A DNA stretch of 64,000 nucleotides from Macrostomum lignano (Eukaryota), in assembly GCA_002269645.1 (NCBI GenBank), contig NIVC01000317.1, positions 124,001 to 188,000 on the forward strand. Reading direction: 5' to 3'. This document shows, in pieces, positions 1-11,500 of this stretch. A program made the position numbers and the translations under genes. The notes under the pieces were generated by a model. The model was given only the letters and a program-made list of their open reading frames with translations, did not search any database and was not told the DNA's origin. The first letter of the stretch is position 1. Each line of letters starts with the position of its first letter.

Positions 1-553
1 GCAAGTCAATAATGGGTTGGGTCAATAGCTTTTCCTGTGTGCTTTTAGATGCACATCCAATCACTAGTTGCATTGCAAGCTGCCTATCTTCTCTAGCACC
101 GTACTCACAGTCCATAATTAGTGTTCGCAAGGCTGTGAAATAGTCACTGATGGACTCACTATGCTCCTGCTTTCGCTTGCGGAATTTGTACTCTGCACAG
201 ACTGGGTTTTGGCTTTTGCTGAATATTAACTTCAACTTGCCCATATATTCTTCTAGGCTGCTAGCCTTATTGTCCTAGAGGTTGTGCGCGTATAGGATAC
301 GTCTTCCTTCTGAGCCCAGGGACATACATAGGAATGCCTTTTTGAAGTCATCTGTTAGTAGTGCCCTGGTCATAGTCTCAGTGAGGAAAAAGAAGTCAGT
401 GACTTCCTTCTGCCAGATGGTCCACTTGACTAGTGGTTTGCCTGGTAGCTCCAGAAATTTTAAAGGTTTTGGTATCAACACGCAAATATTCTGGGCATTA
501 GTAGCTGCTGCCGCTGATGTTGGTTTCAAGGTGGGCAATGTTGGTGGGGCCAT
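1..553 (-). pseudogene. Ty3/Gypsy gag 5' part, with one in-frame TAG; runs off the left window edge
   Basis: The ORF 553-275 (PKPLKFLELPGKPLVKWTIW...KKAFLCMSLGSEGRRILY) continues in frame after the TAG at 275-277 as ...AEYKFRKRKQEHSESISDYFTALRTLIMDCEYG...QLVIGC...QEKLLTQ, a typical invertebrate Gypsy gag pattern. Confidence 0.8.
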
Positions 554-565
554 GGGTTGTTAGTC

Positions 566-792
566 CTTGTTGCCAATTGATGTGTATTTGTAAGACAGCT
601 CATTCCATCTAATCATATATTTGTGTTAACAAAAAGGAGTAGAAATAATTTGTTATTGTAGGAGCCCTTGTCTCGCTCTGCTTGTTTGTTATTTAATTCC
701 ATTTTCCCTAGTGCGCCCAGCTCTTTAGTAACTGTCTGGGTCTTCAAGAATTATGACCATAAATAGTTCAATCTCATGCGTAAAAGTTCACA
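566..792 (-). mobile_element. Putative Gypsy 5' LTR (about 578-792) with primer-binding site (566-575)
   Basis: The minus strand reads ...CACATCA-AT-TGGCAACAAG just before the gag ATG, i.e. LTR end plus a decayed TGGCGACGAG-type PBS. The far LTR boundary (TGTGAAC, ending at 792) is a guess. Confidence 0.5.
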
Positions 793-1049
793 GTTAAAAT
801 CCATATCACCAAGTACCATTGATGGCCCCCACTTTAAAAGAGAAGCATGGCCCCCTCCTGCCCTCCTATTCTAATGCCTTTATTATAGGATATTTAATCA
901 TTACTCAATACTAGGCCTAATTGGATTCTTATTTTTTAAATTCTTTTTTGTATATTATAGGAAGATTTGTTTAATCATTTGTTAGGCCTATAATCAATTA
1001 ATTAGGCCTACAAATCTACAATCAATTTTAGATCTTTCATTTGACCTAA

Positions 1050-1265
1050 TCTATATAACTAAAGTTGACTATGTCTGTTTGTCTGTTTGTTTGTGAAGTT
1101 CACATTTTAGAATGAACCACAAGACCAATCTTCACAGGACTTGCACTGTTAGCTTGCAAATTTTCTGGTAGTGATGTGGAAGATTTTGCTAAAATTTCTG
1201 ATAATGCAAAGGATGTTTAATTAGCAAAAAAACTACTTTTTGCCACGGAATTTCTGTGGTCAGTT
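1050..1265 (+). mobile_element. Possible non-autonomous Helitron relic (copy at 2724-2939)
   Basis: A^TCTATATAACTAAAG followed by TGTCTGTTT repeats resembles a Helitron 5' end. There is a decayed hairpin CCACGGAATTTCTGTGG near 1243-1260, but no clean CTRR end. Confidence 0.35.
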
Positions 1266-1783
1266 GAAGGAAAGGCTTCCTGACTGCCAATTTGGCTGAC
1301 TTGATTGAGGTTGCATCAGCAATCTGGCCTATCTCTCCAGTGTATTTCATTTAGCTAGGCTGATTTGTATGCAGAAAGGCATGGGGGTTCATTGGCTCAC
1401 TTGGCAATGTGCAAAGGCATGTGTACCCCTGGCTGCGAGGCGGCATCAATATTTAGCTTTGGCAATTGTTGGGGAGAGAAATTCAATGACTTATTTTGCA
1501 GGCCTTCAAGTGTAGCTGTGATTTTCATTCGTTGATTGTGCTTTGAGTTTTTTAGATTGAAATGAGATAATTATATTGCCTGAAAGAGCTTGAAATGCTA
1601 AACATGGGGATATAATTTTATTGCTTCAAATCTGAAAATCAGAAGCACAGCACTAAAAAGAAGATAGGCTTGAACAATGTACTGTGTACATTGTTGGCCG
1701 GGGGCCAATTGAAAATGGACAGCTGTGTACACTGCTGGGGCAGGGAGAGAGAGTTGAACTCAAATGCAATTATCAATTGCGAG

Positions 1784-2227
1784 GTCCATAATTAGTGTTC
1801 GCAAGGCTGTGAAATAGTCACTGATGGACTCACTATGCTCCTGCTTTCGCTTGCGGAATTTGTACTCTGCACAGACTGGGTTTTGGCTTTTGCTGAATAT
1901 TAACTTCAACTTGCCCATATATTCTTCTAGGCTGCTAGCCTTATTGTCCTAGAGGTTGTGCGCGTATAGGATACGTCTTCCTTCTGAGCCCAGGGACATA
2001 CATAGGAATGCCTTTTTGAAGTCATCTGTTAGTAGTGCCCTGGTCATAGTCTCAGTGAGGAAAAAGAAGTCAGTGACTTCCTTCTGCCAGATGGTCCACT
2101 TGACTAGTGGTTTGCCTGGTAGCTCCAGAAATTTTAAAGGTTTTGGTATCAACACGCAAATATTCTGGGCATTAGTAGCTGCTGCCGCTGATGTTGGTTT
2201 CAAGGTGGGCAATGTTGGTGGGGCCAT
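1784..2227 (-). pseudogene. Second, truncated copy of the Gypsy gag fragment
   Basis: Copy of 110-553 inside the duplication; cut at the duplication junction. Confidence 0.8.
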
Positions 2228-3714
2228 GGGTTGTTAGTCCTTGTTGCCAATTGATGTGTATTTGTAAGACAGCTCATTCCATCTAATCATATATTTGTGT
2301 TAACAAAAAGGAGTAGAAATAATTTGTTATTGTAGGAGCCCTTGTCTCGCTCTGCTTGTTTGTTATTTAATTCCATTTTCCCTAGTGCGCCCAGCTCTTT
2401 AGTAACTGTCTGGGTCTTCAAGAATTATGACCATAAATAGTTCAATCTCATGCGTAAAAGTTCACAGTTAAAATCCATATCACCAAGTACCATTGATGGC
2501 CCCCACTTTAAAAGAGAAGCATGGCCCCCTCCTGCCCTCCTATTCTAATGCCTTTATTATAGGATATTTAATCATTACTCAATACTAGGCCTAATTGGAT
2601 TCTTATTTTTTAAATTCTTTTTTGTATATTATAGGAAGATTTGTTTAATCATTTGTTAGGCCTATAATCAATTAATTAGGCCTACAAATCTACAATCAAT
2701 TTTAGATCTTTCATTTGACCTAATCTATATAACTAAAGTTGACTATGTCTGTTTGTCTGTTTGTTTGTGAAGTTCACATTTTAGAATGAACCACAAGACC
2801 AATCTTCACAGGACTTGCACTGTTAGCTTGCAAATTTTCTGGTAGTGATGTGGAAGATTTTGCTAAAATTTCTGATAATGCAAAGGATGTTTAATTAGCA
2901 AAAAAACTACTTTTTGCCACGGAATTTCTGTGGTCAGTTGAAGGAAAGGCTTCCTGACTGCCAATTTGGCTGACTTGATTGAGGTTGCATCAGCAATCTG
3001 GCCTATCTCTCCAGTGTATTTCATTTAGCTAGGCTGATTTGTATGCAGAAAGGCATGGGGGTTCATTGGCTCACTTGGCAATGTGCAAAGGCATGTGTAC
3101 CCCTGGCTGCGAGGCGGCATCAATATTTAGCTTTGGCAATTGTTGGGGAGAGAAATTCAATGACTTATTTTGCAGGCCTTCAAGTGTAGCTGTGATTTTC
3201 ATTCGTTGATTGTGCTTTGAGTTTTTTAGATTGAAATGAGATAATTATATTGCCTGAAAGAGCTTGAAATGCTAAACATGGGGATATAATTTTATTGCTT
3301 CAAATCTGAAAATCAGAAGCACAGCACTAAAAAGAAGATAGGCTTGAACAATGTACTGTGTACATTGTTGGCCGGGGGCCAATTGAAAATGGACAGCTGT
3401 GTACACTGCTGGGGCAGGGAGAGAGAGTTGAACTCAAATGCAATTATCAATTGCGAGGCCTCTGGGTTTGGGGGCTCAAATTTGTATATGCAAAATATTT
3501 CATATATTTCTCTTAATAAAGTGGGAACTAGGTACGGCAGGAGTTCTTGACCAATGATTTAATTTGGTCAAGGTGCCATGAATGATTATTCAGTCAGAAC
3601 TTTTAACAAGCTGCTTTTCATCCGAACTACTATTTAGTTCATATGACTGTCTATGAAACTTATAAATTGTTCAAAGTTGGTTTTCACTATTGAAAATTGG
3701 TTTTCACAATTCAA

Positions 3715-4005
3715 AGTGCATTTTGGAGCATTCGAAGTTGGTTTTGACCATTCAAAGTTGGTTTTGATTATTCAAAGTTGGTTTTGACTATTTGAAGTTG
3801 GTTTTGACTATTCAAAGTTGGTTTTGACTATTTAAAGTTGGTTTTTGACTATTTGATGTTGGTTTTCACTATTTGAAGTGTGTTTCGGAGCATTAGAAGT
3901 TGGTTTTGACTATTCAAAGTTGGTTTTTGACTATTCGAAGTCAGTTTTGACTATTCAAAGTTGGTTTTAACTATTCAAAGTTCATTTTGGCCATTTGAAG
4001 TTCGC
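3715..4005. repeat. 20-bp minisatellite TTCAAAGTTGGTTTTGACTA
   Basis: About 14 units with TTCGAAG, TTCAAAG and TTTGAAG variants. Confidence 0.9.
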
Positions 4006-4029
4006 TTATCGGTGTTGTTGTGTGCTGTT

Positions 4030-4412
4030 TCTCACTGCTTGATCTGTCTGTCTTCCAGCAGGTTGTCTCTGCTTGATCTGTCTACTTTATTGTGGGCTTT
4101 CTCTGCTTGATCTCTCTGCTTTTATTGCGGGCTTTCTCTGTCTGTCTGTCTTCTAGCGGGTTATCATTGCTTGATCTGTCTATCTTCTAGTGGGCTGTCT
4201 CTGCTTGATTGGTCTGTCTTCTAGTGGGCTGTCTCTGCTTGATCTGTCTGTCTTCTAGCGGGCAGTCTCTGTTTGATCTGTCTGTCTTCTAGTGGGCAGT
4301 CTCTGCTTGATCTGTCTGTCTTCTAGCGGGCAGTCTCTGCTTGATCTGTCTGTCTTCTAGCGGGCAGTCTCTGCTTGATCTGTCTGTCTTCTAGCGGGCA
4401 GTCTCTGCTTGA
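4030..4412. repeat. 34-bp minisatellite TCTCTGCTTGATCTGTCTGTCTTCTAGCGGGCAG
   Basis: About 11 units with TAGCGGG and TAGTGGG variants. Confidence 0.9.
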
Positions 4413-4484
4413 TTGATGATTGATACTGCAAGGTGTCTATGGGTGATGTTGCCAGGTTTGGTGCAGTTCGAGAACTGTCTGTGT

Positions 4485-4510
4485 CCCGCGAAGTGGGTCT
4501 TCCTGGTAGT
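4485..4510 (+). mobile_element. Helitron-like 3' terminus (hairpin plus GTAG^T)
   Basis: CCCGCGAAGTGGG hairpin followed after about 9 nt by GTAG|T. It may close an element carrying the two upstream minisatellites; the 5' end was not established. Confidence 0.3.
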
Positions 4511-5529
4511 CCAATCTATATTTTAATTTCATCTCATATCATAAGATATATAAAAGTAGAAAATACTTAGCACATAAAGCCCTATCTATGGCATGGGCAT
4601 TTAAATTCAAAATTCAAATATAAAAAATATTAAAATACTTTTTTGAGTATTTTATCTATTTACAAACAATTTTTTTCTTTTAAAATTTATATAGGCCTAA
4701 GCATACTAAGCCCCCATGGTAGGTACCTAAGCAAAAAGTCAAATATAAAAAGCATTAAACATATTGTTCTTCAACTATTTGACTTATTTTCAATTGGTAT
4801 AAATTTTATATACCAATTAATTATGAATTAATTAGGCCCATTAACTATTGTCCCTATCTTTGCCAATCATTACTTACTATATATTAAAAGTCAATAAAAA
4901 CATAACAATTAAACTGGAGTTTTCAATTGGGATTGTGTAAAGGGTCTTAAAACTCTTTAGCTTTATTGTTAATATACATTCTACAGTATACATTGGCCTA
5001 GAAGAGATATAAATGGTTAAACTAAATAATTCAATTTAGTAATAGAGTGCCCATTGAAGGCATTAAAAATAGGTTTTTGAATATTTGACCCATTTCCAAT
5101 TAAAATTTTCCATCAAAAAAGTTATACATTATTGTCAAAGAATTACACTTTTTAAAGCTAATTTGAAACAAATTGGTCAATTGTGAAATAGGAAGCAACT
5201 TATCATTTGTCAAAGTTTATTATTTTTCCAACAAAGTCTATATGTCTTCTTTATTTCTACTTTTTTAGATTAGAGGGGCAAATATAAAGATTTTGCTATT
5301 GTTTTGTCTACCTTTTTATTGATGTTTAAGATGGCAAATAGCACTTATAATTTTGATATATAAAATAGCATAGGATGCTATCTAGAATCAATATAAAAGT
5401 TATTTTATAAAATTTTAATATTATTGAAAAAATATTTTTTCACCTATTTAGTACATATTTATATTTATAATTAATATTGCAAATCAAAAAAACAAATTTA
5501 CAGGTTTAATAAACAAAAACTACATTCCA

Positions 5530-8500
5530 ATGAGCTACTCATCATTGAGCAAGGCTCAGCTTAGCTTTGAGTATTTGCATACAAATTCGTAAGTTTTCTT
5601 TGTTTTACATTTCTACAAACAATTAAGGCTTTAAATGTAATTTATTTTAAGGCAGGTCTGTTTTAAACAGTTTATACAACTATTGAATTTTAGAACTACT
5701 CATGAGTTTCTTTTTGGTGCCATTGCTGAGCTAATTGACAATGCCAGGTGAGTGTATTGGCTTCTGCCTTGTCTTCATTGAAGTTCCTATCTTGATAAAT
5801 AATTTTAATGTTTTGTTTAATCACATATTTCTTTTGTAGAGATGCTCATGCAACTGAGTTGGACATCTTTACAGGTTTGTGCCTTTCTGTTCAATACTTC
5901 TTTTTCTTACATTGCATCATTACTCTATATTAAGCAGGGAATTTTTAGACCTTTTTGACAGCTTATGCTTATAGTTGCTTATGACATGAAAGCTCTATGC
6001 CCGACATTTATTATTGTCAATAGCTCTAGACATGCTGTCTATAGACACAGTATCTCTGGACACAGTAGCTCTTGATGCTACCAAGACTCAACATTTCTAG
6101 ACTCAATCTCTAGACACAGTATCTCTAGACACATCTCTAGACACAATATCTCTAGACACAACATCTCTAGACAAAATATCTCTAGACACAATATCTCTAG
6201 GCAAAATATCTTAGAATCAATATCTCGAGACACAACATCTCTAAGTCTAAACACAATATCTCTAGACACAATATCTTAGAATCAATATCTCGAGACACAA
6301 TGTCTATAGACTCAAAGTCTCTAGCCTTAAAATCTCTGGGCCCAATATCTCTAGACACAGCGGCTTCAGATACAGCATTGACCTGTAACAACAATACAAT
6401 AACAAAGGCCTCCCCTCCCTAAAATATCTGGCTCACTGCACAGCTCAAAATGCGGACCTACGCGGCGGCTACATGCTGTGCCTGCGCGACAACGGCTGCG
6501 GCATGGACCCCCAGGAGACCAAGGACATCATCACGTTTGGCCGGTCGGCTAAACGCTCGGACGAAAGCAGCGCCATCGGCATGTACGGCAACGGCCTGAA
6601 GTCCGGCTCGATGCGAATCGGCAACGACCTCATTCTGTTCACTAAGAAGGAGGACACAATGAGCGCCCTGTTCTTGTCGCGCACGTTTCACGAGGCCGAG
6701 AGTCTGGACGAGGTGATTGTGCCGCTGCCCTGCTTCCGGGCGGACACGCGCCAGCCGCTCTACGACCTGGCCGAGGACCCCACGGCGGCCGAGCGGCACC
6801 AGACTGAGATGGCCGTCATCTATAAATACTCGCCATTCAAAACTGAGAAAGAATTCTTTGCCCAATTTGACAAGCTCAACTCCGGCAGCAGCGGCACCCT
6901 GCTCATGATTTACAACCTCAAACTGTTGGACAATGGCCAGCCCGAGCTGGACGTCACCACGGATCCCACGGACGTGCTGCTGGCCAGCCCGGACTTTGAT
7001 GACGAAACCGATCTGGGGGTTTATTCCGATCACGAGTGAGGCTTGTCGCTTTTTGATGCGTGACTTTGCAAACTGGACACCTTCACAAACTAGACGCTTT
7101 ATAAAAAAACTATAAATTTAATCCCGCTAATGGTTTCATGAAAAACTTTTAGTAATCAATCAGTAATCAGACAATCAGCAATTTCAAAGATTAGACTTAC
7201 TGTGATTAGTCTATTTGAAATTTAGATGTTTAAAAGTAAAAAGGTATTAATCCTGATCTTAGGCGTTCTAGCCTTGGATGTGAAAGCATCCCCCCCCTAA
7301 TCTTTGGCATCTCAGCAACTGCTGTCTGTGAGCCATGGCATCTCAGCAACTGCCCCCTGTGAGCCATGGCATCTCAGCAACTGCTGTCTGTGAGCCTTGG
7401 CATCTCAGCAACTGCCCCCTGTGAGCCTTGGCATCTCAGCAACTGTCCCTGTGAGCCATGGCATCTCAGCAACTGCCCCCTGTGAGCCATGGCATCTCAG
7501 CAACTGCCCCTGTGAGCCATGGCATCTCAGCAACTGCTGTCTGTGAGCCTTGGCATCTCAGCAACTGCTGTCTGTGAGCCTTGGCATCTCAGCAACTGCT
7601 GTCTGTGAGCCTTGGCATCTCAGCAACTGCTGTCTGTGAGCCTTGGCATCTCAGCAACTGCTGTCTGTGAGCCTTGGCATCTCAGCAACTGCTGTCTGTG
7701 AGCCTTGGCATCTCAGCAACTGCTGTCTGTGAGCCATGGCATCTCAGCAACTGCCCCTGTGAGCCATGGCATCTCAGCAACTGCTGTCTGTGAGCCATGA
7801 CATCTCAGCAACTGCTGTCTGTGAGCCTTGGCATCTCAGCAACTGCCCCCTGTGAGCCTTGGCATCTCAGCAACTGCTGTCTGTGAGCCATGGCATCTCA
7901 GCAACTGCTGTCTGTGAGCCTTGGCATCTCAGCAACTGCTGTCTGTGAGCCATGGCATCTCAGCAACTGCCCCTGTGAGCCATGGCATCTCAGCAACTGC
8001 TGTCTGTGAGCCATGATATCTCAGCAACTGCTTTCTGTGAGCCTTGGCATCTCAGCAACTGCTGTCTGTGAGCCTTGGCATCTCAGCAACTGCTGTATGT
8101 GAGCCATGGCATCTCAGCAACTGCTGTCTGTGAGCCTTGGCATCTCAGCAACTGCTGTCTGTGAGCCTTGGCATCTCAGCAACTGCTGTCTGTGAGCCTT
8201 GGCATCTCAGCAACTGCTGTCTGTGAGCCTTGGCATCTCAGCAACTGCTGTCTGTGAGCCATGGCATCTCAGCAACTGCCCCTGTGAGCCATGGCATCTC
8301 AGCAACTGCTGTCTGTGAGCCATGACATCTCAGCAACTGCTGTCTGTGAGCCTTGGCATCTCAGCAACTGCTGTCTGTGAGCCTTGGCATCTCAGCAACT
8401 GCCCTATTATTTTACCTGTATTTCCTGCGACGACTCTGGGGCGACACAAGTGATTCTGGGACGCTTCTTGGTCTAGGCACCGTTTTCATCGTTTTCATTG

Positions 8501-11500
8501 GGATTGGAGTCTCATGATTCTTAATAGAGATCAAGTCGGAAGCATGAGTTCCTCACCCTATTTTGATAATGAAAACTCTTCTCTCGCTAATTCAAGCTCC
8601 TACAGGACTGGATTCACCCCCCCTCTCACCACCGCAGTCAGCCGCCTGAGCGCAGATCTCTACGCCACTACGTATCAATAATGTACATCGATCCGCGCAT
8701 GAAGGTGTACATCCAGAACAAGAAGGTGCAGACCCGCATGCTGCTGTCCTGCCTGTACAAGCCGCTGCAATACAATTACGCCTCTCGCACATTCCGCAAT
8801 CGGGCGGAAGCGGAAGCCAGCAGATCCAAAGAGGAAACTAAGCAGGCCGATATGCGAGTGCGCGAGTTCGAGTCCCGCCTGCGCGATCTGGAGCAGCGGC
8901 TGGGAGAAGCGCCAGTGGATACCGCCGATAGGATTGCGCTGCGCAAGGCGCGGGACGCCCTGGCTTCTAGCAAGCGGGAGGCCCAGATGAAGAAGGTGAT
9001 TTAGGGGGAGCGGATCTCTTAATTAGTCCTGTTTGGCAATTCGTTTTGTACATTTTTCAGTTGACAATCGCCCATCTATCTACTCGGAATTTTCCCCCGA
9101 GAATGGCCGTCGACCTCCCGAGAATGGCCATCAACCTCACCAAGAATATTGCCCTCAGTCCTTATTAAAAATCACCCGTAAACCTCCCTGAAGAATCACT
9201 CTTCAACCTCTCTAAGAATCGCCCTCAGCCACTCTAAGAATAACCATCAACCTCACCAAGAATCGCCCCCAGCCCTCACCAAAAATTGCCTTCAACCTCA
9301 CCAAGAATGGCCCTCAACCTTCCCAAAGAATAGCCGTCGACCTCCCGAGAGTGGCCATCGACCTCAACAAGAATCGCCCTCAACCTTCCCAAGAATCGCC
9401 CTTAACCTCACCAAGAATCGCCCTCAACCTCACCAAGAATCGCCCTCAACCTCACCACGAATCGCCCTCAACCTCACCAAGAATCGCCATCAACCTTTCC
9501 AAGAATCGCCCTCAACCTCACCAAGAATCGCCCTCAACCTCACCAAGAATCGCCCTCAACCTCACCACGAATCGCCCTCAACCTCACCAAGAATCGCCCT
9601 CAACCTCACCACGAATCGCCCTCAACCTCACCAAGAATCGCCATCAACCTTTCCAAGAATCGCCCTCAACCTCACCAAGAATCGCCCTCAACCTCACCAA
9701 GAATCGCCCTCAACCTCACCAAGAATCGCCCTCAACCTCACCAAGAATCGCCCTCAACCGCCTCACCGCAGGTGATGGCCCAGAAGAAGCAGAAAGCGCT
9801 GAAGGAGCCGAAGACGCTGACATTTTACTTCGGCGTGAACCTGGAGCAGCGCAACATGTACGGCATGTTCGTGTACAACTGTTCCCGCCTCATCAAAATG
9901 TACGAACGCACCGGGCCCCAGCTGGACAGCGGCCAGACCTGCCGAGGCGTGGTCGGCATTGTGAACGTTCCCTACATCCTGCTCATGCCGACCCACAGCA
10001 AGCAGGACTTTGCCGACGCCAAAGAGTACAGAGCCCTGCTCAGGGCCATGTCCGACCATCTCATGCAGTACTGGGACGACATCGGGATTGAGAAGCGGCC
10101 GGGCGGTGTCGACGCTTTCTGGGCCGAGTTCGGCTACTTGAAAGCCAAGTGGAGCGAGCCGCCGTCGCAGGAGCCGAAGTACGCCAAGAAGCGGGCCATC
10201 AGCCTGCAGACTCACGTGCAGTGCAACCGCTGCTTGAAATGGCGAATACTGCCGTTCCAGTCTAATCAGGTGAATGAATCAGCTGCCCTGATAGCCAGCT
10301 GGAATATCTACAACAATCGCCCTTATTTACCTATCCAACAATCGCCTTTATTTACTTATCCAACAATCGCCCTTATTTATAATCGCCGCTCTATAAAAAT
10401 GTCTAAAAATCGCACTAATCTGCCACTTAAATCCCGGCCACAGGTGGGCAAGTCGGTGCCGGACAACTGGGAGTGCAAGGACAATCCGGACAATGCGCAC
10501 AAGCGCTGCTCTGAACCGGAGCAGATCCTAGCCGTGCCAGTCCGGGTGCTGAAGCGCAAGATCAAAACCAAGGAGCAGCGGCAGCAGGAGCTGGAGGACA
10601 TGATCAAGCGGCGCCAGGCCGAGCTCGAGAAGCTCACAGGCGGCCAGGCTGTCCGCGGCCGCCAGCCAGCCAAGCGCGACGAGGAAGACGATTCTGAGGA
10701 GGAGGAGGAAGAAGAGTCCGAGGAGGAAGAGGAGGAGGAGCCCCCGGCTAAGCGGAGAGCCTCGCAGCAGCAGCAACAGCAAAAGAAGAAGCCGGCTCCG
10801 CCTCCTCCGGCTCGCAAGGTGGCAACGCCACAGGCTGTTGCAGCAGCAAAGCAGCAGCAGCACCAGAAGCAGATCCAGCAGCAGCAGCAGCAGCGCCGCT
10901 CAATTGCTGCTCCTCCGCCTCAGAAGAAGCCGCCGCCGTCGCCTCCCAAAAAGCAGCAACAGACAACTCAAGGAAAAAAGCCCGCCGCAGCAGAATCGTC
11001 CAGCGATGATGAGGATGAAGAAGAGGAAGAAGAGTCCAGCGACGAAGAGGAGGAGGAGGAAGTGAAGAAGAAAGCGGAGCCAGCCAAGCCGGCGGCCCCA
11101 GCCAGGTCTGCCCCGATGGCCAAGCGATCCTCCGGAGCCCTCCCGCCTCTGCCTGCGGCTGCGGCAGCCAAGCAGCCACAGCAACCGCCGCAGCCTCCTC
11201 CGGCGCCCTCCGTCCGGGTGACTCGCACGCCGGCAACAATTTCTACAGGGCAGAGCGGCCAGGCAGGCAGCGCCACTCAGCAGAATAAGCAGGCGGAAGC
11301 GGCCGCGTCGGCTGACGGCATCAATTCAACCGCTAGCTCGGCTCAGTCGGCTGTCAAATCGGTGAGTGGCTGACTGGGATGAGGCAGTCCCAGTGATGCT
11401 GCTGGCAGGCACAAGCAACTGAGACAGACAGGATCAGGTACTGTGACAGACAGGATCAGGTACTGTGACAGACAGGAACAGGTACTGTGACAGACAGGAA

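Larger units (their letters stand above)
110..3458. repeat. Head-to-tail duplication of a 1674-bp segment (110-1783 and 1784-3457)
   Basis: Identical ORFs at 275/1949 and 282/1956. The copies look identical by eye, with a 1-nt microhomology at the junction. Confidence 0.95.

Noticed and set aside
9351-10091. 246-aa ORF over the intron 5 array, and the fused 533-aa ORF 9772-11373
   Set aside because: The first is a repeat translation running out of frame into MORC2 exon 6; the second is exons 6 and 7 joined through an in-frame intron.
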